Numbered from the stretch's first letter, positions 46,977-56,827 are shown. The stretch: 64,000 nt of DNA from Desulforegulaceae bacterium (GCA_034006035.1 JAVETN010000004.1:128827-192826); one strand, 5' to 3'. Made by a program: numbers and translations. Notes: generated from the letters alone by a model not told the origin.

Positions 46977-47016
46977 CAAGAACTCTCATTTAAACACTGA
47001 GAGTTCTTGTGTGTTT
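46977..47016 (+). terminator. Rho-independent terminator
   Basis: caagaactctca / tgagagttcttg 12-bp stem with a 9-nt loop, followed by tgtgttttt. Confidence 0.55.
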
Positions 47017-48180
47017 TTAACCCTTCCAGAACGGGGACATTTCTCTTAACCTGCTTATAATAGAAGGCATTTTTTCAATAACAAAATCAATTTCTTCTTC
47101 AGTATTATAAATAGAGAGGCTGAATCTCACTGTTCCATGGGCTGCTTCATAGGGTACTCCCATTGATCTGAGAACATGGGAGGGTTCAAGCGAGCCTGAG
47201 GTGCATGCAGAGCCTGAAGAAGCACATATATTAAATTGATCCATCATTAGAAGAATGGCTTCGCCTTCAATATATTCAAAGCTTATACTTGAGGTATTTG
47301 GAAGTCTGTTTTCAATGTCACCGTTTACAAAAGAATGGGTAATTTTTTCAAGGAGATTTTTTTCAAGCTTATCTCTTAATCTCTTAACTTCTTTTTGTTC
47401 CTTTTCCATATTCATTCTTGCAAGTTCACATGCTTTGCCAAGGGCAATGATTGAAGCTGTGTTTTCAGTACCTGCTCTTTTGCCCCATTCCTGATGTCCT
47501 CCCACAAGGAAAGGATGAAAAGGAGCGCCTTTTCTTATGTACAAAGCGGCTATCCCTTTTGGAGCGTGGAGTTTATGTCCTGAAATGGAAAGCAGATCAA
47601 CTTTTACATCACTAAGGTCGGTGACTATTTTGCCTGCTGCTTGAACAGCATCTGTATGAAAAAGAATTCCTTTTGCATTTGCTTTGGCTGCTAGCTCTTT
47701 AATTGGAAAAATTGTTCCTGTTTCATTATTTGCCCACATTATGCTTACCAAAGCAGTATCTTCAGTTAAGTTTTCATTATAAAAGTCAAGATCAAGTCTT
47801 CCTTTTGAGTCAACAGGTATAAAAGAAATTCTATATCCCTGTTTTTTGAGATTCTCATAAAGATTTTTAACAGCAGGGTGTTCAACAGAAGATGTCATTA
47901 TATGTTTTCTGTCTGGGAAACTTTTTATTGCAGAAAATATTGCAGCACTATCACTTTCTGTTCCGCAGCTTGTAAATATGAATTCGTCTGGAGAAGCATT
48001 GAAAAGTTTTGCTGTATGAATCCTTGCTTTTTTTATTTCTTTTGCAACCTGCCCCCCAAATGAGTGCATGCTTGAAGGGTTGCCGTAAAATGTTCCAAGG
48101 TATGGAAGCATTGCCTCAATTACTTCTGGAGCTGTTTTGGTAGTTGCATTGTTGTCAAGATAAATTGGGTTGTCAATCAT
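47017..48180 (-). CDS. nifS: NifS-type cysteine desulfurase
   Basis: IYLDNNATT, SGHKLHAPKGIAALYIR (PLP Lys), SSGSACTSG (active-site Cys). Confidence 0.85.
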   Translation of the reverse strand: MIDNPIYLDNNATTKTAPEVIEAMLPYLGTFYGNPSSMHSFGGQVAKEIKKARIHTAKLFNASPDEFIFTSCGTESDSAAIFSAIKSFPDRKHIMTSSVEHPAVKNLYENLKKQGYRISFIPVDSKGRLDLDFYNENLTEDTALVSIMWANNETGTIFPIKELAAKANAKGILFHTDAVQAAGKIVTDLSDVKVDLLSISGHKLHAPKGIAALYIRKGAPFHPFLVGGHQEWGKRAGTENTASIIALGKACELARMNMEKEQKEVKRLRDKLEKNLLEKITHSFVNGDIENRLPNTSSISFEYIEGEAILLMMDQFNICASSGSACTSGSLEPSHVLRSMGVPYEAAHGTVRFSLSIYNTEEEIDFVIEKMPSIISRLREMSPFWKG

Positions 48181-49007
48181 AGGAGCGACTCCTCAACTAT
48201 AAGATCATGGGCAACCTTTTGTCTTAGTTTTGCCTCAACATGATTTTTTAGTGTTTCTTTTGATTTAATACAGGTGGCACAGGCACCTTGAAGCCTTACA
48301 ACAACTTTGTTTCCGTCAACATCAACAAGTTCAATATTGCCCCCGTCTTTTTTAAGAGCAGGTTTTATATCTTCTTCAAGGGTTTGTTCTATTTTTTTTA
48401 TTTTCTGAAGATTTGTAAGTTTTGAGGCACTTTTTTTCTTTTTACCCAGGTCTCCTTTTATTTCATCAATTATTTCCTGGATATTTTCATGACATTGTCC
48501 GCAACCGCCTCCGGCTTTAAGAAAGCCTGTAACATCATCAATTGAAGCAAGGCCGTGATCACTTACAGCGTGACGGATTTCATCTTCTGTAATATTAAAG
48601 CAATGGCAGACAACATTTCCTTCTTTTTCAATAATTTGAATTCCTTTGAAGTCTGCAATTGCTTTTTCAAGAGCTTCTTGGCCCATTACTGAGCAATGGA
48701 TTTTTTCCTTTGGAAGACCGCCAAGGTAAGCAACAATGTCGTCATTTGTAAGTTTTTCTGCTTCTTCTACTGATTTTCCTATTATCATTTCAGTAAGTGC
48801 TGATGATGATGCTATTGCACTTGCACACCCGTATGTTTTGAATTTGGCGTCTTTTATAATATTATTTTCATCTATCTCAAGGGTTAATTTTAAAGCATCG
48901 CCGCAGGTAATGGAACCTACATCACCGGTACCGCTAGGTTTTTCCAATTCACCTACATTCCTTGGATTAATAAAATGCTCTCTTACTTTATCTGTATATT
49001 CCCACAT
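48177..49007 (-). CDS. nifU: NifU Fe-S cluster scaffold (IscU-like N-domain, central [2Fe-2S] region, C-terminal NifU domain)
   Basis: MWEYTDKVREHFINPRNVG...GDVGSITCGDAL...YGCASAIASS...GGCGQCH...LQGACATC. I prefer the ATG at 49007 (AAGGAG 6 nt upstream) over the track start at 49043. Confidence 0.85.
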   Translation of the reverse strand: MWEYTDKVREHFINPRNVGELEKPSGTGDVGSITCGDALKLTLEIDENNIIKDAKFKTYGCASAIASSSALTEMIIGKSVEEAEKLTNDDIVAYLGGLPKEKIHCSVMGQEALEKAIADFKGIQIIEKEGNVVCHCFNITEDEIRHAVSDHGLASIDDVTGFLKAGGGCGQCHENIQEIIDEIKGDLGKKKKSASKLTNLQKIKKIEQTLEEDIKPALKKDGGNIELVDVDGNKVVVRLQGACATCIKSKETLKNHVEAKLRQKVAHDLIVEESLL

Positions 49008-49046
49008 ATCATGCTCCTTGTTAGGGCTATTTGTCGTGCCCAATTT

Positions 49047-49075
49047 TGATTGAACACTTTATATTTTTTCAATCA
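49047..49075. promoter_or_regulatory. Inverted repeat in the nifU / Memo-family divergent promoter region
   Basis: tgattgaa-N13-ttcaatca, with perfect 8-bp arms. Confidence 0.25.
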
Positions 49076-49253
49076 GCGTTATAATATTAGATTCTTTAAT
49101 GCGGATTGATTAAACTACCTTAATCACTATTTAATAAAAAAAAAGACCCTGACTCAAAAAGTTTGGCTTTGATAAAAAAAATTTACCAAGACTTTTGTTT
49201 TTAATCACATGCATAGGTTGTTGAAAAGAGAAATCTTTAAATAAGGAGGATTT

Positions 49254-50093
49254 ATGGATAAGCGAAAGGGAGTTTTGAGGGGAACCTGGTATCCTGACAC
49301 AAAAGAAGAGTGTGAAGAATTTATTTCTTCTTTTAAAAAGCGTGCTCAAATTTCAGAAAAAATATATGGAGGGATTGTTCCCCATGCAGGTTGGTATTTT
49401 TCCGGAGAAACTGCTGCCATGATAATTGAGGCACTTTCGTTGATGAAGCCAGATCTTGTGATTGTTTTTGGAATGCATTTGCCTAAAAACAGTAAAATAA
49501 GAATAATGACAAAGGCTGGCTATGAAACCCCATTTGGGGATTTACCTGTGTGTGAAAGCCTTGTAAAATCCATTGGTGATAAGTTTGATTTTATAGCCGA
49601 AACTCCCCATGATTTTCAACCAGACAATACAATTGAGGTTCAGCTTCCCTTTATAAGACATTTTATGGGAGAAGTTGAAGTGTTTTGCTGCGGGCTTCCT
49701 CCTGAAAAATCGAGCTATGAATTTGGCAGGTTTATAGGAGAAAAAGCAGTTGAACTTGGTAAAAATCCTATTGTTATAGGAAGTACAGATCTTACCCATT
49801 ATGGGCCTTCATACGGATATATGCCCTATGGAAAAGCAGAAAAAGCATACGAAAAAGTAAAAAACGAAAATGATAAAAGAATGATTAATCTGATTGAAGA
49901 AATGGACTATTCAGGAGTTCTTCTTGATTCAGAAAAAAATATGAATGCCTGCTGCAGCGGTGCTGTTGCCGGTGCCATAGGATGTGCTGAGGTACTTGGA
50001 GCAAAAAAAGGTTATTGTCTTGATTATTCAAACAGCTATGAAAAAACAAAATCAGATAGCTTTGTGGGTTATGCGGGGATTTGTTTTAAATAG
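49254..50093 (+). CDS. AmmeMemoRadiSam system protein B (MEMO1 family)
   Basis: RBS AAGGAGG. GGIVPHAGWYFSG and DLTHYGP motifs. Confidence 0.8.
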   Translation: MDKRKGVLRGTWYPDTKEECEEFISSFKKRAQISEKIYGGIVPHAGWYFSGETAAMIIEALSLMKPDLVIVFGMHLPKNSKIRIMTKAGYETPFGDLPVCESLVKSIGDKFDFIAETPHDFQPDNTIEVQLPFIRHFMGEVEVFCCGLPPEKSSYEFGRFIGEKAVELGKNPIVIGSTDLTHYGPSYGYMPYGKAEKAYEKVKNENDKRMINLIEEMDYSGVLLDSEKNMNACCSGAVAGAIGCAEVLGAKKGYCLDYSNSYEKTKSDSFVGYAGICFK

Positions 50094-50140
50094 TGATTAG
50101 CCTAAAACCTGAGCTTTATTTCTAAGATCAGATAGAACAA

Positions 50141-50173
50141 AAAAAGCCTGCCCTTATTCAGAGCAGGCTTTTT
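50141..50173. terminator. Bidirectional terminator between convergent genes
   Basis: aaaaagcctgc / gcaggcttttt stem with an 11-nt loop. A/T runs on both sides. Confidence 0.6.
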
Positions 50174-50194
50174 TTAATAAGTGTTAAATCAATA

Positions 50195-51907
50195 TTATGG
50201 ATTCATTGTATAAGCATCAATCAATGTATAGATATGATCGTTGATTACTTTGTCAAATTCTTTGGAATCAGTTTCAGGTTTTCTGATTATTTTTTCAGCA
50301 CTTTTAATCTGCTCATCTGTTGTTGAAGGCTTCATAAGGAAATCAACAGCATATTTTGACATGTCTCTTACAAATACGTCAAAAATTGAATTTAGGACTT
50401 CTTCTTTTATACCTTCTCTTTTTGCAGACTCAACAATAAGTTGTGCATATGGAACAACAGAAAAAATTTCTCCAAGTGAAAAAAGGAAATCAAAATTTTG
50501 CATCTGCTCCATGATTCCAGCACCGGAAACCATGAGAACTTCCTGGAAAGCTTTAACCTGATCAATGAAAATTTTAACATTGCTCAAGTGTGAAATCGAG
50601 TCAAATTCAGGCATATAATCATGGAACTGAATTTTACCATAACCTCTTGTTGGTCCCTGGTTGAAAAGAAAATCATCATTTTCATTTCCATTCATCAGAG
50701 GAACTTCAGGATATTCTTTTGGATTGAACATATAGTTTGGAATAAGCTTGGCAATAAGAGCCATATTTACATGCTTTGTACCTTCAAGTTTTGGCATTCC
50801 CTTGATTTCCATGGCTGCCTGCTCAAAGTAAGTATCTTTTTCAAAGCCCTTGGCTGCAATTATATCCCAAAGATCTTCCATAACCTGCTCACCTTGGGTG
50901 GCAACTTTCATTTTCATAAGCGGGTTGAAAAGAAGATATCTTCTGTCTTCAGGGTTTGCAGCTCTTAAATAGTCAGTTGCTCTTAAACCAAATAGTTTCA
51001 TTGCAACAATTCTTATGTATGAATCAAAGAAAAGCTGTCTTATGTGGGCAAACTCTGTAACATTTTTACCGAAAATATTTCTATGGGCTGCGTGATTAAG
51101 AGATTCATAAAAGCTGTGCTCGCAAATTCCTATTGAAGCAGAACCAATATTGAATTTACAGATATTAATTGTGTTAAGCATATCGTACCATGCTTTTTTG
51201 CCTTTTGAGAGAATTTCCGCTTCAGTAATTGGATAATCATGAAGGGCAAATTCAGCAACAAACATCTGGTCGCAGGCGATTATGTTTTTTATGCACTCAT
51301 ATTTTTCATGTTTGGAATCCACAACAAAGAAAACATATTCATCTGAGTCTGCAAATTTACCGAAAACAGTAATAGTTGATGCTTCGTTTCCGTTCCCAAT
51401 ATAATATTTTGAGCCATTTGCAAGGTAGGTTCCGTCAGGCTGGGGATAAAGTTTCATTTCACTTGAATAAATATCAGCTCCATGCTTCTTTTCAGAAAGG
51501 CCAAAGGCACAAAGAGGATTTTCCTTTAGGGTGGCAGCAGCTTTTTGTTTTGCTTCTTCGTTGTCGCCAAGGAAAACAGGATCAAGGCCAAGGGTTGATA
51601 CATGAAACATATACCAGTATGAAGAGCCGTAAAAACCCAGGATTTCTGAAAATTCAAACATTCTGTAAGTGCTGTAGTACTGGTCTGGATCGTCACCATA
51701 GCCTTTTGGAAGAAAAAGAGTTTCAAATATTTTTTCTTCTTTTACAAACTCTGCAAAATCTGAGTTAAAAGTTCTATTGTGAAAGTCTTCTTTCATTTTT
51801 TCAAGACCTTTATTTTCAAACCAGTCTATGGTCTTGAGCATGATTTCTTTTGATCTTTCGTCAGGATATTTTCTATCCTTGTATTTTTTTGGATTAAGTA
51901 AAACCAT
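50195..51907 (-). CDS. Large acyl-CoA dehydrogenase-family protein
   Basis: GLSEKKHGADIYSSEMKLYPQPDGTYLANGSKYYIGNGNEAS resembles the ACAD middle domain, and the C-terminal half is helical. I prefer the ATG at 51907 (GGAGG 9 nt upstream) over the track start at 51994. Confidence 0.65.
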   Translation of the reverse strand: MVLLNPKKYKDRKYPDERSKEIMLKTIDWFENKGLEKMKEDFHNRTFNSDFAEFVKEEKIFETLFLPKGYGDDPDQYYSTYRMFEFSEILGFYGSSYWYMFHVSTLGLDPVFLGDNEEAKQKAAATLKENPLCAFGLSEKKHGADIYSSEMKLYPQPDGTYLANGSKYYIGNGNEASTITVFGKFADSDEYVFFVVDSKHEKYECIKNIIACDQMFVAEFALHDYPITEAEILSKGKKAWYDMLNTINICKFNIGSASIGICEHSFYESLNHAAHRNIFGKNVTEFAHIRQLFFDSYIRIVAMKLFGLRATDYLRAANPEDRRYLLFNPLMKMKVATQGEQVMEDLWDIIAAKGFEKDTYFEQAAMEIKGMPKLEGTKHVNMALIAKLIPNYMFNPKEYPEVPLMNGNENDDFLFNQGPTRGYGKIQFHDYMPEFDSISHLSNVKIFIDQVKAFQEVLMVSGAGIMEQMQNFDFLFSLGEIFSVVPYAQLIVESAKREGIKEEVLNSIFDVFVRDMSKYAVDFLMKPSTTDEQIKSAEKIIRKPETDSKEFDKVINDHIYTLIDAYTMNP

Positions 51908-52112
51908 TTTTAATTTCCTCCGTAATTTTTTTAGTTTAAAGTCTTTCGTATACAAAGTAATTGTATACTTAGCATTAAAAATTTTGAGGTGCAATAATAT
52001 TTAAAAATAATTGTTTTGGTTTTTGACTGGTAATAAATCTGAGATTGTTTTTGTAAAAAAAAAGGGCGGGAGTTGGTTTTGTTCAGTATTGGAAATCAAG
52101 AATTGGCCGGGT

Positions 52113-53192
52113 TTAGAATTGCTTGAGTTCCTTATTTGTAAAATCCAGGGCTACCACAGTATTTTTACCTCTTTCTTTTGCCATATAAAGAGCTTTGTCC
52201 GCCCTTGCAAGAGTTGTGTCAAGAGATTCATCAGGGAGGTAAACAGTAACTCCAGTTGAAATAGTAACTTTGATTTTTTTATTTTTAAACTCAGTTTCAA
52301 GGTTTTCAACCACTTCTTTTATTCGATTAGCACATAAAAGAGCATTTTCAGGGGTGGGATTGGTTAGAACTGCTAAAAACTCTTCTCCTCCGTACCTTCC
52401 CAAATAGTCTTCAGTTCTCAAGGCTATTTTTATGGCTTTGGCAACATTTGTTAAGATCAAATCCCCTGCAAGATGTCCGTAACTATCGTTTATCTTTTTA
52501 AAATCGTCAATATCTATCATAAGGAGCCCAAAATGATAGAGTTGTCTTTTTGAAAGTTCAACTTCACGTTCAAGAACTTCAAAAATTTTTCTTCTGTTAA
52601 ATACTTTTGTAAGTCCGTCTTTTGTTGCAAGTTCTTCAACCTTTTCTCTGAGACGGTTTATATAGCCTCCTATAAATGAAAACCAGGTAAAAACAACAGA
52701 GAGAATAAGAAGTCTTAGCAGCTCTACCGTCATATTCAGCGTCTCAGGGTGATAAATTTTTAAAAGAGAAAGGTTTACTGAATAACCTGTAATTACAATT
52801 AAAGTTAGAAAAAGAAACTGCCTTACCTTAAGTCTGAAGACCCCAAAGGAAAAAGTTACCATATAAAGAAGGAGGAAAGCTCCTCTTGCCTCGTTTGCAT
52901 AGTAAATTGCTATCATTATAACAATAGTGCCTACTGTTATCTGAGCAATGGTAAGGCTTTTTTCTTTAAAATAAAGATTTATGTCAAAAAGAAACACCAG
53001 GTAGAATCCCAGGTTGATTAAAGCTATCATTCCTATAATTATAGAGAATTTAGCTAAGGGCAGCCTGAACAATCCAAGCCAATGGCAAATTATAAAGGTG
53101 AGAATAAATATAATATATGAAGATGTACCTATTAAAAACCTTTTGATTCTTAGCTGTTGGTCTAAGCTTTTTTTAGGAATAAGTTCAATCAC
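52113..53192 (-). CDS. Membrane-anchored diguanylate cyclase (GGDEF), GTG start
   Basis: The N-terminal ~170 aa is multi-TM. RYGGEEF active site, with an RTED I-site 5 residues upstream. Confidence 0.85.
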   Translation of the reverse strand: MIELIPKKSLDQQLRIKRFLIGTSSYIIFILTFIICHWLGLFRLPLAKFSIIIGMIALINLGFYLVFLFDINLYFKEKSLTIAQITVGTIVIMIAIYYANEARGAFLLLYMVTFSFGVFRLKVRQFLFLTLIVITGYSVNLSLLKIYHPETLNMTVELLRLLILSVVFTWFSFIGGYINRLREKVEELATKDGLTKVFNRRKIFEVLEREVELSKRQLYHFGLLMIDIDDFKKINDSYGHLAGDLILTNVAKAIKIALRTEDYLGRYGGEEFLAVLTNPTPENALLCANRIKEVVENLETEFKNKKIKVTISTGVTVYLPDESLDTTLARADKALYMAKERGKNTVVALDFTNKELKQF

Positions 53193-53208
53193 TTAATTCA
53201 TCTCCTTT

Positions 53209-53880
53209 TTATGGTTTTTTTGAGTTTTTCAAAAGTCTTGTAAACTCACTGACCATTTCAGCTGTAAGTCCCCAGATAACCTCATCATTGAATCTGTAAA
53301 GCAAAACCCTTTGTTTTATATTTCCCCATGGTTTTTTATATTTTTCTGGCAGCCCTAGTTCTTCTGATGGGAGGAGAACTTTTTTTTCACCTTTTTTTTC
53401 ATAAGAAGGCTTTATTTGAAGCATCACAGAGTATGTTTCAGGTTTGTTTTTTAAAAACCATGACACAGGAATAAAAAAAACTTCTTCAACTTCAGATTTT
53501 TGAATGTTTATATCTTTAGGTGAAATATTGTGAAGAATCCCTGCAAAAGGTTCGATTACAAATCCCATTGCACCGACAATTGTGTGCATTCGACCAAAAA
53601 CTTTTATATTTTCAATTGGGACTCCAAGTTCTTCAGATGTTTCCCTTATTGCTGCATTGGCACAGGAGCTATCGTTTTCAGGATCATATCCTCCTCCTGG
53701 AAAGCAGATTTCTCCTTCCTGTCTTATTCCTTTTGCTCTTTTTTCAAAAACAAAATTATACTCTCCGTCAATCTCTATAAGAGTAATCATTACAGCATAA
53801 TTAAAAAGTTTATGTCTTCCGTAAATTCCGGGTTTTTTCGGCATGAATTTTTCAAGCTGAATTAAATCTGTTTCATTCAT
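53209..53880 (-). CDS. Nudix hydrolase, CoA-pyrophosphatase-like
   Basis: Nudix box GGGYDPENDSSCANAAIRETSEELGV. Confidence 0.75.
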   Translation of the reverse strand: MNETDLIQLEKFMPKKPGIYGRHKLFNYAVMITLIEIDGEYNFVFEKRAKGIRQEGEICFPGGGYDPENDSSCANAAIRETSEELGVPIENIKVFGRMHTIVGAMGFVIEPFAGILHNISPKDINIQKSEVEEVFFIPVSWFLKNKPETYSVMLQIKPSYEKKGEKKVLLPSEELGLPEKYKKPWGNIKQRVLLYRFNDEVIWGLTAEMVSEFTRLLKNSKKP

Positions 53881-54018
53881 TTGATTTCACTATTATTAAT
53901 GAGTATTAAAAGATTGAGATTAAACTCTATTTATAATTGAAATTGATTCAGGGCAAGAGAAAAATAATAGTAGTTAATGCTGTTTGTTTGTTAAATCTGC
54001 CTGAAAGGAGTTGTTGTG

Positions 54019-54792
54019 ATGGAATCAGAAGCATTTGAGCTTATGGAAAAAAGTTTTGCAAAATTCATGGATAATATTTTTGAAGAAGAAAAAATTCTCA
54101 GAATAGAAGAAGTACTTATAAAATTGTCTTTTGAGGAATCTGTTTTCAGTAAAATAAAGGAGGCACAGGAGATTGGATTTGAACTTATCAAAGCTCAAAA
54201 AGCAAAAGATATAGAAAAAAGAGAAATGCTTTTAATAAATCTATATCTTCTTTTTCATAAATACGGTGCTGGATACAGTTTTGAAGAAGAAAAGTTCATG
54301 GAAAAGTCAAAAGGGCTCAAATGGCTCCCCGGAGGCTTGATGCCTCTTGTGTTGGGTTCTTACCTTATGAAGCCAGAGTATGAATTTTGTGACCTTGGCT
54401 GTGGTAACGGTTTTCAGGGTATTTTAATGCAGGCTTTGTCTCCCCATTCAAAAACAAGGCAAGTTGAAATTTCAAAAAATTACCTTGAAGCTGGTAGGAT
54501 TTTTCTTAAACCCCTTAAAATTGATAAAGAGAAGATTTCTTTTGAAAATACTGATATAAGCAATTTTAAAATGAAAGAAACTGATTTTGTTTATATGTAC
54601 AGACCTTCAAGGCCAATGGGGGAAGGTGCCCAATTATATAGAAATCTTTCCAATAGATTTTATTTGAATAAAAAAAGTTTTTATCTTCTTTCTGTTGCAG
54701 ATTGTTTTGAACCGTTTATAAAAGGAGATTATGAAAAAATTTATCAAAATGAATATTTAAGTATTTTTTATTTTAACCGGAACTTTGTTTAA
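54019..54792 (+). CDS. Class I SAM-dependent methyltransferase
   Basis: Motif I FCDLGCGNGFQG. RBS AAGGAG. The track start is GTG 54016. Confidence 0.65.
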   Translation: MESEAFELMEKSFAKFMDNIFEEEKILRIEEVLIKLSFEESVFSKIKEAQEIGFELIKAQKAKDIEKREMLLINLYLLFHKYGAGYSFEEEKFMEKSKGLKWLPGGLMPLVLGSYLMKPEYEFCDLGCGNGFQGILMQALSPHSKTRQVEISKNYLEAGRIFLKPLKIDKEKISFENTDISNFKMKETDFVYMYRPSRPMGEGAQLYRNLSNRFYLNKKSFYLLSVADCFEPFIKGDYEKIYQNEYLSIFYFNRNFV

Positions 54793-54920
54793 GTTATAAT
54801 GCCTAATGATTTATTGATACAAAACAAATGTCAATTTAAGGGTTTTACAACCTGGTTTGTTTTTATTTTATTCAGGTTAATTAAGATGAGTTTTTATAAA
54901 AAAATAAGGAGAATTTTAAA

Positions 54921-55700
54921 ATGAAGAAAAACATTATGAAGTTTGCTGTATCTGCTCTTGTAATTGCAGGAGTTTTATTTGCCGGCTGTTCCAAAAAAGA
55001 AGAAGATAAAAAAGAATTGACCCAGTTTGATAAGATTAAGAAAAAAGGTCAGATAACCATAGGAACCAGTCCTGATTATCCTCCTTTTGAAAGTATTGAC
55101 GATGACGGAAATATTGTTGGTTTTGACATTGATTTGGCAAAAGAGATTGCAAAAGAGCTTGGTGTTGAGGCCAAATTTGTAAGCATGGGTTTTGATAGTA
55201 TAATAACAGCAGTTAAAAATGGTCAGACAGATATGGGAATGTCAAGTTTTTCAGTTAATGAAGAAAGAAAAATGAGCATTGATTTTTCAAAGCCTTATAT
55301 TTCAACTGCCCAAGTTATTCTTGTAAACAAAGATTCTGCAATCACCAAAGCCGAAGACCTTGAAAAATCTTCAGTTGCTGTACAAATGGGAACCACAGGA
55401 GCAGAAGCTGCAAAAGAGCTTAAGGATGTGGATGTTAAAACTGTTGAAGACTATAATGTTGCTACCATGATGCTTGATAATGGGGTTGTAAGAGCAGTTA
55501 TTCTTGATATAGCCATTGCAAAGGAACTTGCCTCAAGACATAGTTTCAGAGTTCTTGAAACTCCTCTTAACCAGGAGGAAACTGCAATTGTTATCCGGAA
55601 GGGTAATGATGATTTAAAACAAAGTGTTGATAATGCCATAGATAAAATCATGGCTGATGGAAGATATGATCAGATCAAGACAAAATGGGATGTGAAATAA
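54921..55700 (+). CDS. Amino-acid ABC transporter substrate-binding lipoprotein (family 3), orphan
   Basis: Lipobox LFAGCSK. ITIGTSPDYPPFES...GFDIDLAKEIAKELG...DMGMSSFS pattern. No permease or ATPase gene is adjacent. Confidence 0.85.
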   Translation: MKKNIMKFAVSALVIAGVLFAGCSKKEEDKKELTQFDKIKKKGQITIGTSPDYPPFESIDDDGNIVGFDIDLAKEIAKELGVEAKFVSMGFDSIITAVKNGQTDMGMSSFSVNEERKMSIDFSKPYISTAQVILVNKDSAITKAEDLEKSSVAVQMGTTGAEAAKELKDVDVKTVEDYNVATMMLDNGVVRAVILDIAIAKELASRHSFRVLETPLNQEETAIVIRKGNDDLKQSVDNAIDKIMADGRYDQIKTKWDVK

Positions 55701-55738
55701 ACATTAAATCTTGTTTTTTGACCTGAATCTGATTTTTT

Positions 55739-55770
55739 AATGCCGGATTTTTATATCCGGCATTTTAATT
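55739..55770 (+). terminator. Rho-independent terminator
   Basis: aatgccggat / atccggcatt 10-bp stem with a 6-nt loop, followed by ttaattt. Confidence 0.6.
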
Positions 55771-55947
55771 TCTAAAAACTCCAATCTTAAACTTTTTAAA
55801 AACAATTTCTGATTCGTTAAATTGCATCTTTTTAAAAAGTTTAGTATTGTTTGCTTTATGCATCTTAATTGTGTCGGGTGAAAGTCAGGTTTTTTGCTCA
55901 TTAATTAATCAGATTTTAGAATAAAACAAAAACATTATAGAGGAAGT

Positions 55948-56718
55948 ATGACAACTATAGCCAGACCGCAGAATATGCTAGCAGTTCTTATTGATGCGGA
56001 CAATGCTCAACCTTCTGTGACAGAAGCCCTTCTTGCAGAGATAGCAAAATTTGGAACTGCAAGTGTAAAAAGAATTTATGGAGACTGGACAAGGCCGGAG
56101 CTTACCTCCTGGAAAGCAATCTTGCTTGATCAATCCATTCAGCCTATTCAGCAGTTTGCATATACAAGAGGAAAAAATTCAACAGACTCTGCAATGATAA
56201 TTGATGCCATGGATCTTTTGTATACAAAAAGATTTGATGGGTTTTGCATAGTTTCAAGTGATAGCGATTTTACAAGGCTTGCCTCAAGAATAAGGGAAGA
56301 AGGCCTTTCTGTTTATGGGTTTGGGGAGCAGAAAACTCCCAAATCATTTGTATCTGCCTGTGACAGGTTTATATTTACCGAGGTTTTAAGAACAGAAGAA
56401 GATCTTGAGCCAGTGGTTAAAAAAATGAATACCAATGAGCTTAAAAGTAATACAAGGCTTTTGAACCTTTTAAGAACTGTTATTGAAACAGCTTCAGATG
56501 ATGATGGATGGGCAAATCTTGGTCTTGTAGGAAGTTACATTGCAAAGCAGTCTCCTGAATTTGACCCCAGAAACTATGGATACAAAAAATTAGGGGAGCT
56601 TGTAAAAGCTGTAAAGCTTTTTGAAATTGATGAAAGGTTTGCTGAAAACAAGCAGTCAAAAGTGGTTTATATAAGAGATAAGCGGAAGCATTTTACCAAT
56701 AAAAACAATGGTGTTTGA
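55948..56718 (+). CDS. NYN-domain (LabA-like) protein with C-terminal OST-HTH/LOTUS domain
   Basis: AVLIDADNAQPS...KRIYGDW...NSTDSAMIIDAMD...IVSSDSDFTRLA (NYN acidic residues). The C-terminus GWANLGLVGSYI...FDPRNYGYKKLGELV is LOTUS-like. Confidence 0.8.
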   Translation: MTTIARPQNMLAVLIDADNAQPSVTEALLAEIAKFGTASVKRIYGDWTRPELTSWKAILLDQSIQPIQQFAYTRGKNSTDSAMIIDAMDLLYTKRFDGFCIVSSDSDFTRLASRIREEGLSVYGFGEQKTPKSFVSACDRFIFTEVLRTEEDLEPVVKKMNTNELKSNTRLLNLLRTVIETASDDDGWANLGLVGSYIAKQSPEFDPRNYGYKKLGELVKAVKLFEIDERFAENKQSKVVYIRDKRKHFTNKNNGV

Positions 56719-56782
56719 ATTGAGTGAATTTATAAATTGATTGAGTTGTGATTTTTAAAAAGAAATTTTTGGTTTGATTTAT

Positions 56783-56815
56783 ATAAGGGTGCAAAGTTTG
56801 CACCCTTATTTATTT
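56783..56815. terminator. Bidirectional terminator between convergent genes
   Basis: ataagggtgca / tgcacccttat 11-bp stem with a 5-nt loop, followed by ttattt. Confidence 0.6.
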
Positions 56816-56827
56816 AGATGGCTAGTC

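Noticed and set aside
50241-51768. Plus-strand ORFs of 106-130 aa inside the acyl-CoA dehydrogenase gene
   Set aside because: Shadow ORFs antisense to a 570-aa gene with a good RBS. They carry no motifs.
54855-54875. Candidate sigma-54 element cctggtttgtttttatttt upstream of the solute-binding protein gene
   Set aside because: There is no GC dinucleotide at the required spacing from the GG.
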